Part shown: one piece after another, positions 53,935 through 64,000 of the stretch
Numbering within the stretch: position 1 is the first letter of the stretch
Layout of the letters: each line of letters begins with the position of its first letter
Notes under the pieces: generated by a model
What the model was told of the DNA's origin: nothing
Database searches by the model: none
What the model saw: only the letters and a program-made list of their open reading frames with translations
Translations under genes and position numbers: made by a program
From: Chrysomallon squamiferum
Lineage: Eukaryota > Animalia > Mollusca
Assembly (NCBI GenBank): GCA_012295275.1
Contig: CM022666.1
Span: 8,494,001 to 8,558,000, forward strand
Length of the DNA stretch: 64,000 nucleotides
Direction: 5' to 3'

Positions 53935-56900
53935 ATGGGCAAACATTTACGTACAAGATGTGAGAAGTTAAGAGTAGCTTGTAAGCGAACACGGACATTA
54001 CCTAAATCGCTGCAGAATGATTATGTAACAACATGGAAACCATCAGACAGGACTGGTAGAAGTCGAAAGCATTCTGACAGTTCTAATGATTATTCTGCTA
54101 GCATCAGATCTACAAAATCAAAACAAAAATGTAAGAAATTAAAAACATCTAACCAAGTGATTAGAAATGTTGCTAATTCAACTGAGGATTGTACAGTAAA
54201 ATTTGTGGAAATCCAGAAAAATGGAAAAGTAGAGAATGATAATCCAGCAGAAAAGAAACTGCAGCCAGAGTCAAAAATTAATTCTGAAATTTCAACAGTT
54301 AATGGCAAAACATTTGTAACCTTTAATTTACAAAGAAGTCAGGAAGATACAAGTGAGGAAGAACAAAATACTGATGGAGAAAAAGAAGTTAATGCTAATA
54401 CAACAGCTGAAGTAACTCCTTTGAAAATGACAGTAAGAAGTCTTAGTGGATGTGGTGCCATTTCCAGTTCTGATGAAGAAAATTCAGATCCTGAGTTAGG
54501 TAAATTTCTCTTTTTACTTTAATTTTCTTTGCTTGTTTCTGTTATTTATTAATTTATTATTATTAGTAGTAGTATTTAATTGAATTTTAATATTTATTTT
54601 ATATATTTATTTTTATTAATTATTATTATTTAGCATTTATTTATTTAATTGCATAAACAAATAATTTTACATAGATTTGAATAAGATTGATCATTCTTCG
54701 TTTAAAGAAAAAAAAAAAAACAATATCTGTTTTTAATAACAAAATTTTAAAATTTTAATATTTATTTTTTCCCTTTCAGAATTAAAATTGTTCTGTCATT
54801 TCTGATTTTATTTTCACAGATTTTGTTGATGATGATGCAGATGAAGATTATGAACCAGATAAGAAATTACTGAAATCTCTTGACACACAAACCTACACCA
54901 GCAGACCTTGGAAATCACCATGGAAACAAGAAGAAGAAATTTCAACAAACCAGAATCACTCAGACAAGAGAAAACATTATGATCCCAAAAAGTCGAAATC
55001 ACGATCTCTGAGTGCGAAGCTGAATACGTTAAAGAAACAGTTGAAAGAAGATTCTGTCCAGCCGTTACTTGATATCAAGTTATGTCAAACTGATGGTAAT
55101 ACATATTGCAATATTATTTTTAAGCACAAATGAATTAATATAAATCATTGATATTTTAGATAGGTGATGTTGATCATTTTAGAACTCAGCTGCAGTTCCT
55201 CTTTGGACAGTGCAAGTTATCAAAATTATTAACAGTTCTGTGTGAAGGAGGAGCTGGAGATGACTATCAGGAATCAAATTAGTTTAGGAGCTAAAATATT
55301 TAAAATTGAAAATGTTGATATTTTTGTTATGGATTATAAATTTAAAATTAAATAAGACTGACTTAACACAGATTTATCATTTGATTAATTTGTAGGCAAA
55401 GATATTACAAAGAGATTACAATTTGATAAACTAACAAGAGCAGAGGTTAATTAGTTTGCATATAAACATAATTTAGACAAACTGTGACATTTGTTTACAG
55501 ATCAGATTCTTGTTTAATTAAAAATTATCAACAAGGTTTGGGAAGTGTCTAGATGTATGTATAAGAACTGTATTCATGTTTTCACTTGATGAATATTTTT
55601 TACAGGGAAATATACAAAATCTCTTACAAAAGCTGCTATTGTTATTTCTCTTCTGATATTACTTCTGCCACTGTTACTACTACTTCTTCTACTAATTCTA
55701 CTATTACTACTACTATACTACCACTACTATTCTTTTCAGCACTACTACTACTACTACTGCTACTGCTATGATTACAACTATTATTACTTCTATTACAGTA
55801 ATTACTAATATTACATCATCCTACTATGTTTACTACAACTAATATTACCAACAGTAATGATAAATATTTGTCACTGGTAGTTGTAATAGAAATATAAATA
55901 TTATTTCTGCGTTTCAGACACATGGCATCTGAAACCAACACAATATCCTATTCTGACATCCATTAATGGGAATAACTTTGAAATTCTGTCATCACTGGTT
56001 TTGAAAGGTTGTTATGAGTCAGAATCCAGACTGTTTCCTCCTTTGTATGTGCAGGTAACCTGTTTGATTTAAATTAGAGCTAAGTAGATTAATTTACAGG
56101 TAAACATAGATTTAATTATGTATCATCAATTAGATTAACAGGTAAGTAGATTTATGTACAGATAAACAGACATATTTAATTACAAATCATTAACATTGAA
56201 GCAAGCAATTTTCTGACAAACAGTTGATTGAATTTGTACATAAACAGACAGTTATATAATTAAACATCTGGATTAAATTGCAGATAACTATCTTAGCTTA
56301 ATTTTAATGTAAACAACTAGGGTTATTTGCAAGTAAACACTTGAAATAATTTGCATATTAATAGTTATGTTAATTTACTCATAAAACGTCATAGATACTG
56401 GACAAAATAATAATGAATATGGGTCATTCCATGTCAAATCACCCCCCAAATTATTTTTTTTAAACTCAACCGTCTCTGATTTTTATGAAACTTGGTATAC
56501 TTGTTGACTGGGATCCCACAGCACAAAATATTAGCCCAATCGGATCAGTGGTGTGGGAGATATGGCCCACCGAATTTTGAGATTTTGGGCAAAAATGGGC
56601 ATGACCACCAACCTTAGAACCCTCATATCTCAGGAACTACTGGGCCAATCTTCATAAAATTGGTATTGTTGAAAAGGCAATATGACAAGCATTCCAAATC
56701 TGCCATTTTTGTTCAGTTTGGAAAATATTGGAGTGCATTGACCTTTTGATGTTTGCTATGACCTTGAAATTGACAGTGTAGATCACATGACCTTCAGATG
56801 ACCCTTATTGAAATTTAATCTCCCACATGTTAACTAAAACATATAAAAGTTTCCTGGGTGTAATATTTTTTGTTTAGCCACAATATAGATTTAAAAAATG

Positions 56901-59900
56901 CACATACGTGAAAATAACACCTTTTCAGCCATTAACATCTGATTAACTAAAAATTGAATGATCAATTCTGGTGCTAGGAATCACCATCTTTCTTGATCAT
57001 CGAGTAAGACATTGTAGGCCTACATGCATGCATAAAGTTCACATAAATTTGAGAGAACTAGGTGTTTCTGATGCTTAACCTTCTCACCATCTTTGTTTCA
57101 AATGCTCATTGTATCCTTCATTCTCCGACATATTCTACTGTTCTCATCACTTTCATAAAATTGGATTATTTCCTCCTTCAATTCATTTGACAGAACTTTC
57201 CCTTGTTTCTTATCACAGAGGGATAGAATCACTTTCTCTTTCTTCACCACACAGCTTTTTTTCATAAGGTAATTCGTTGTTTCAAATTCATTCATTGTCC
57301 TTTCAATGGTAAAGGGTGACAAAGTCAAGATTTGCACACGCTATGGGTAGGATTTAGACATTAAGATGTCATTTTGATGTTACTCTACCTGATGCTAGTT
57401 TTTTTCTGTCCTTTCATTTGTTTACTGGAATGTGCTAGTGAATGGAGTTTAACAGGAGTTTCACCTAAACTTGACAGGATAGAATTCAAGTCAAAGTCCT
57501 TTTCTGGGGAATCAACAACCAGCAGTTTGTTTGGCAAGTTATCATCAAATTCTCCCATTGTAATACCACCCATACTAAAGCCATCCTCTGCAGGGGTTTG
57601 GTCCTTTGATTTCTGAAGGCTAATCAGACAGTCACAGCACAACATGTTTTATGGCACTAGTGTCTTTGGAGGATTTACTAAGCATTTGTAAGTGCCCATG
57701 CTAACAGTTCTTAAAGATCTAGTGCGTGCTTGCTTAGGATGGCAATTTAGGGGATCACAACAGTTTTTCCGCAATGTTAAAATTTGATTAAAAGTTCTTG
57801 TTCATGATGTGAACAGATACTCTTGATGTCCCGTGTTTTGATTTCATTTCAAAGAGTGAGGAGTTCAACTTCCTCAGTTTTCCAAACTCTTCACAACAAC
57901 TCCTTTTTGATATGATGGTGTTGATAACACACATTTTCAGGAGAGTTAAAGCTGCAGTTAGCCCTGGAAGAAATAAGGATTTTCAATATTGGCCTGCACC
58001 TTCAATTCAATAGAACAAAGTCAGTGCTTTCTTAAATATCAAATCAAATCCTGAAACCCTTTCAGTAAAGTTAAGCAGGTCATAAAATGGCAGCAGAGTA
58101 CATGTGTTATTGCCAAAGGCCCACAAGTCTTGGGCATTTATGTCAATCTTCTCGAGTATAAATCACAGTTTATTAAGGTGAAGGTAGACCTTGTTTATAC
58201 TCTGTGCCGAAGACTGGGTGTACAAATACATTATGCAGTACATCACTTGATGATGTCTGATTTCAGACTGGGTTGTACGGTTGACTGAAACCTTGTTCAA
58301 AACCAATGGCAAGGCCACATGACATGATAAAATATGTTTTATGAAGAAACTTCTTTGTCTTAAACTTCTAATTGCCATGTGCTCAATGGGGATTTCACCA
58401 GGGGATCTAAATGAGTTTCTGACCTGCCTGAAGCATCACTTCCTGTTAACCCTTTGAGCCTGAATGGTAGAACATGTTGTGCCAATTGGCATCTTTTCAT
58501 ATCCTTCAGGCATTCCTTCAGACATGTCAGGTGGGTTTTAACTCCAAAGATGAATTTTTGGTCTCAGAGAAAATGTACATTGTAATGCATTATCAATATC
58601 AATCATCCATGCAGGTATTATGGCTAAACAAAAAATATTACACCCAGGAAACTTTTATATGTGAACTTTATGCATACATGTAGGCCCACAATGTCTTACT
58701 TGATGATCAAGAAAGATGGTGATTCCTAGCATCCAGAATTGATCATTCAGGTTTTAGTTAATCAGATGTTAATGGCTGAAAAGGTGTTATTTTCATGTAT
58801 GTGCATTTTTTAAATCTATATTGTGGCTAAACAAAAAATATTACACCCAGGAAACTTTTATATGTTTTAGTTAACATGTGGGAGATTAAATTTCAATAAG
58901 GGTCATCTCAAGGTCATGTGATCCACACTGTCAATTTCAAGGTCATAGCAAACATCAAAAGGTCAGTGTACTCCAATATTTTTCAAACTGAACAAAAATG
59001 GCAGATTTGGAATGCTTGTCATATTGCCTTTTCAACAATACCAATTTTATGAAGATTGGCCCAGTAGTTCCTGAGATATGAGGGTTCTAAGGTTGGTGGT
59101 CATGCCCATTTTTGCCAAAAATCTCAAAATTCAGTGGGCTGTATCTCCCATACCACTGATCCAATTGGGCTAATATTTCAGATTTGGTGCTGTGGGATCC
59201 CAGTCAACAAATATACCAAGTTTTATAAAAGTCTGAGACAGTCGGGTTTAACCCATTGAGTGATTTGACACGGAATGACCCATACAGATACACTCTTGTC
59301 AATACACACACAAAAACATAACACAAGGACAAAGACACACCTACTCAAACAGATTTGTGCATATACATACACAAATGCTGACAAATGCAAACACATAAAA
59401 CACATGCACACATACACAGTTTTCAAGTTTTTCTTATTTCTAGGGATTATCACTTTCCTCTGAAACAAGTTCTCTTCTTGGACCATTTAAAATTGTGAAT
59501 GACCCATTTACTCACCTTGAACCCCTCACAGAGGAAGAATCCAGGGGAGCAACCAAACCTGCAGTGGAGGTCACAGATTCCAGAACAGAATGTAAGTATT
59601 AACATAGATTCCACATAATCAAAGGGTAATAATATGTTTTAATTTAGAAAGTAAATATTAAACATGGGGTCACACGTTCAAATGGTTATTTATTTTTACT
59701 TAGGGTCATTGGTTTAAATTCTGAAAGTAAATTCTAAGATGAGGTCAGAGATTCAGATTATGGTGTATTTTAACTTATAGATCAGAGATTCAGACACTGA
59801 AGATAAATACTAATGATAAATGTTAACATTGAGGCTGATGAGTCTACCAGTGAAATATTAACATGTAGGTGATAGTTTCAAATGTAGTAACACATTTTAA

Positions 59901-62900
59901 TTTTGAGATCAGTAATTCAGAGACTGAAGATAAATAGTAACATGACTGTGGTATTTTTACATGGAGGTCAGTGATTCAAACAGTGAAATATTAACACTAG
60001 GTCACAGATTCAAATGATTTAACTATGAGGTTAAAACTCAACACTGAAAATGTTTTACTTTAGTGATAAAATATTTAAACATAACAATGAAATGTAAAAA
60101 AGAAGTCATTTTATCAGTCATTGAAGATAGATATTGATTTAGATGATTGAGAATAAAAAAATAACAAAAAATTGGAGTTTATATATTCAACAATATAAGA
60201 TAAATAAATATTAGGGGATGTCTATTATTCAAAGATTGTTGAAAAGCCAAAATTAATCACACACACACAAACATATGCATAAAACCCCCCACATATTAAT
60301 GAAAGTTATGTATTTAATATTTTCATTTGTAAATTCAAGTTCAGAAGAAAAAGAAACGACCAGTGCCAATGCAGTTGAAGTGGCCGAAGTCAGGAGTACT
60401 TGGTGACAGGAAGGTGGCACTGACAGACCACAGCTACTTAACACATCCTGTGAAAAGAGCAAGAAAACCTGCTTCTGATGTCTCTCAGAAACAGAGCAGA
60501 AAGAAAACAAACACAGTCGACTTGAGTCAGTCAGACAGTGAGATGGACGAAGACTCTTGTAATCAAGTAGTTACATGTTTCGAAAAAAATATCTGTTTGA
60601 TAATATATTTTAATATTTATTAAATAAAAATAAATAAATAAATTTAAATTAAAATGTAACAAAATCTGAAATTCTAATAGCTCGGTATTAGATAATTATT
60701 CTTATTTCTTCAGATTGTATTGCTGACAAGTTTGTAAGTTAAAATAATCTGGAAATATTTCTTACAGGACTGTGAAGAAATGATAACAATCAATAGTCTA
60801 GAAGAAGCTTCAACTAAAACTTACAAGAAACAGAGTAATGGTAATATATATACATATTTTTTTTAATTAGTGGTATAGCGGTTGCCACTCAGAGACTAAT
60901 GTTGCAAAATATTGATTGTTAGTTAGATGAAACTTACATATTGCCGACATTGCAGAATTTTGGTGGTTAATGGATTATTTTAACAGTTTATCTTATTGCT
61001 GAACTTAAATTGTTATTATTTTATTTAATTCTCTGTATATTTAATAACTGAATTATTTTATACATGCTTTTATTCAATGACTGGCTTTCTGTTCAGAATC
61101 CAGGGTTGTCTTTTTGAAGACTTGTCATATTTTAAAATACAATTATTATATAACTGAAGCAGTTCTAAAATACCTGTAAAAGATGTTATTATTATTATTA
61201 TTCTCTTTTTTTTTCTTTTTATTAACTTGGAATAGTTAATAATTTATACTGAAATGCACATTTATAATTTTAACATTACTAATAATATTGTCAAGCATAA
61301 TTGTAATATCTAATAATAAATACATTGTAACGGTTTTCTTTTTTTACTATATTTTATTTATTTTTTATAGTATTTGTTTTGGTTGAAATTTTATTACAAT
61401 TTATTTAGTTTAATTTAGTTTATATTTGTATTAAATTTATTTAATATTTATTTATTTATTTATTTATGTGTTTATTTATTTATTTTAGCAGACTCAACAG
61501 CTTTGTCCAGCAGTAGCATTTTTGAGCCAGTTGAATTTGATGATTTACCTCCTGCTTCCAATGAGATCACAGTGGGTATATCTGGCCGAGCCATCTCTCA
61601 CAGGTACAGATTGAAAAACAAAGGTTCCGGTTTTGAGGAAAACAGAGAAAATATCCGAGTTGAAAAAACTACTGAAGGGATAGTGATAGAGAGTGTTCAG
61701 GATAACTACAACAAAGATAAACCAGTATCATTCACTTGTAGATATTGTTTAAAACTTCTCTCCAGTGCAGCTACTTTATTTTCACATGTCAGAGTTGTTC
61801 ATGCTGGAGCACCAGACATACAGACATATTTGCTGGAAATAAAAGAACGCATGAAAGTCAAATGTCCTTACTGCTCTGACGATGTCTGGATCCTGGGTTA
61901 TAAGAATCTGTCGCAACATGTTGGAGTATTTCATTCTGAAATGGAGCCATCCGTGCAGTTGCCGACATTACCACAGTTGATGGAGAAAATGGTGCAGCGA
62001 AAAACCCAAACTGGTGCAGATTCTGTAATTCTTTGTCACCTTTGTCCAGCCACTTTTAAGAGTCATTTGTTCTTTGAGAAACATTTGCAAGAACACAGCA
62101 AAAGGACAGATCCTGAGATTAATCCTGAAAACAAGCAGGAAATTGATAAATCATCTCATCTTCTCAAGTGTAAGAAATGTGATATGAATTTTAGAACTGA
62201 CGATGAACTGAGAAAACACGTATCTCAAATACATGGTTCAGAATCTGGACCAAATTGTGATATCTGTTGTAATACTTTCAGCTCTTCAAACAAACTAGAA
62301 TTGCACAGGTCTGAAGAACACGAAGGACGGATTCCTTTCCACTGTCCTTTCTGCATACTTGGCTATAAGGACAAACTCAACCTGTACAGACATATAGGTC
62401 GTGTTCATTTAGATGTTTTGCCACACAAATGTCCCAAATGTTTGAAGTTATTTGACAGGCTTACATCTTTAGAACATCACGTTAAAAAAAACTCACAAGG
62501 ATGAGTTGGAAAGCTTTTTGCTGGAACTCAAAAAACAAGCTCATGAGCTTCTGGAGTGTCCTTACTGTTCTGAAGTGTTCAAGAGTGGACATCCACTTGT
62601 CCAGCATATTCTGGATGTCCATCAGGATTCCTTTCCTTTTCAGTGTTTCAAATGCAGTTTGCGGTTTCTTGAAAAAAGGCTTTTGCAGAATCATTTGGTT
62701 CATGCCCACAGAATTGTGTCATCAGAGACCAGCCATTCTTCACTGAGGACTAAATATGTGAAAGACACAAAGACAACAGCTGAAACTCAGCATAGTAGGC
62801 AAGAAAAAGTAATAAAGTCTATTGAGGATCTGCCAGTAGAGGCACAGAATGCAGTCAGAGATCTTCAAGAACGTGGAAAATCGGCTGTGGTTATTGTTAA

Positions 62901-63579
62901 TTTTCATACTGAAAAAAGCAAGTCAGCTGTTTGCCATAGTCCAAGAAAAGCAGCAGAGAAAACAAGTGTTACAAATTTGGCAACAAAAACATCAGCAGTG
63001 CAGGCAGACATTGGTGTAACAGAATCCCCTTGTGTATCCAATCAATTTGGCAAGATTTTTGAGATTTACACTGATGCACAATGTGAGACACAGATGTTAA
63101 ATCTCCTTAGCAACCAAGCTGAAGTTGCAGCCACTGCAATGAAATACGTTACTATTGGTGACATTGGTTCACTTCCTTCAGAGGTCCAACATGTCAGTTA
63201 CCCAGGATTATCTGTTGGAGTTAATGCTAATATTCCTGCATGTCCAGCTGCTTTTGGTGACAGAAGTACAGACACAATGACATCATCAACTGGTTTGAGT
63301 TACTATGAGCCAGTGACTACTGCTGTAGAAGACAGCTCTTCTTACATAGAAGAGTATGTTTATGGAGTACAGCCAACTGAAGTTGTTGAGGAGATTGTTG
63401 ATGACTCCGGAGCTGAGACAAGTGGGATTGACAATTATGAGGAGGTGATCACTATACCAGTCTCAGAATTAGCAGCCAGCTCTGCTTGCCAGACTAGACA
63501 AGCTGAGATTTTATCAGGGTCGGAGACAATCTCTGCAGCAGATTTTATAAAGTTAATTGGTGAAGCAAATCTAAAGTGA
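53935..63579 (+). CDS. Multi-C2H2 zinc-finger protein (~1171 aa, 9 fingers) with a 1-nt frameshift at A8 62484-62491
   Basis: Exons 53935-54499, 54820-55095, 55918-56054, 59444-59591, 60340-60566, 60768-60840, 61489-63579; phases consistent. Fingers CRYC, CPYC, CHLC, CKKC, CDIC, CPFC, CPKC, CPYC, CFKC, each with HX3-4H once one A is removed; acidic C-terminal tail. Confidence 0.8.
56421..59281 (-). mobile_element. Sola2-like DNA transposon copy B with ~620-bp TIRs (N-terminal transposase remnant), intronic
   Basis: Termini gggtcattccatgtcaaatc / gatttgacacggaatgaccc; near-TSD atat/atac; TIRs ~56421-57047 and ~58657-59281. Minus-strand remnant QILTLSP...EFETTNYL...KQGKVLS...IIQFYESDENSRIC..MKD at 57098-57337. 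Confidence 0.85.
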
Positions 63580-64000
63580 TTTATAATCGTGGAGAAAGTA
63601 ACAGTGCTATTATGAATATAGAAAAGGTGACACACACATATGCACATGCTTTAATTCAGGGACACAGATATAAAGACTGAAAGATATAAAAACAGATGTT
63701 TAGTCACACACACACACACACACTTTATATATATATAATGTTCAACAAAAAGATTTGTATATGCAAATTTACTATTAATTACATAATGAAAGTATGAAAT
63801 GGTAGATTAAAAATGTTGATAATAATAAAGAAGCAAAAATGTTTTTAGATTTGTGTTTGTGAGTATTAATTATTACATTAAATTTTGCATAACATTTAAA
63901 CAATTTTCGTATGCAAAACAAAAATAAAAATAAATAAATAAATAAATAAAATAAACATTAAAGCACTAATAGGAAAGCTGGTTGGCACGGAAGGAACTGA

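Noticed and set aside
62484-62492. A_AAA_AAC as a programmed -1 frameshift site
   Set aside because: A -1 shift enters the non-finger frame (MSWKAF...); the zinc-finger frame needs +1.

Overview
AT-rich, intron-containing animal genomic DNA, dense in microsatellites, with one N-gap at 45223-45421. It is not prokaryotic; a lophotrochozoan such as a cephalopod mollusc is my guess from repeat style, not something the sequence proves. I hand-spliced six genes with consistent intron phases. These are two convergent paralogous TNF-superfamily ligands (1.5-4.3 kb +, 7.5-9.5 kb -), an atypical ~1041-aa IRF factor (18.5-27.0 kb -), PNPLA4 (30.5-33.2 kb +), UIF/FYTTD1 (48.9-53.0 kb -) and, head-to-head with it, a 9-finger C2H2 gene (53.9-63.6 kb +, one frameshift in an A8 run). 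Mobile DNA comprises a hAT MITE, two opposite-orientation Sola2-like elements that retain complementary transposase halves, and a Tc1 fragment. The most interesting signal is a candidate TNF-TNF-IRF immune module carrying ISRE, GAS and kappaB-like sites. Its IRF has a mid-protein DNA-binding domain, no recognisable IAD and a C-terminal C2H2 finger that may be transposon-derived. All gene models are predictions without transcript evidence.
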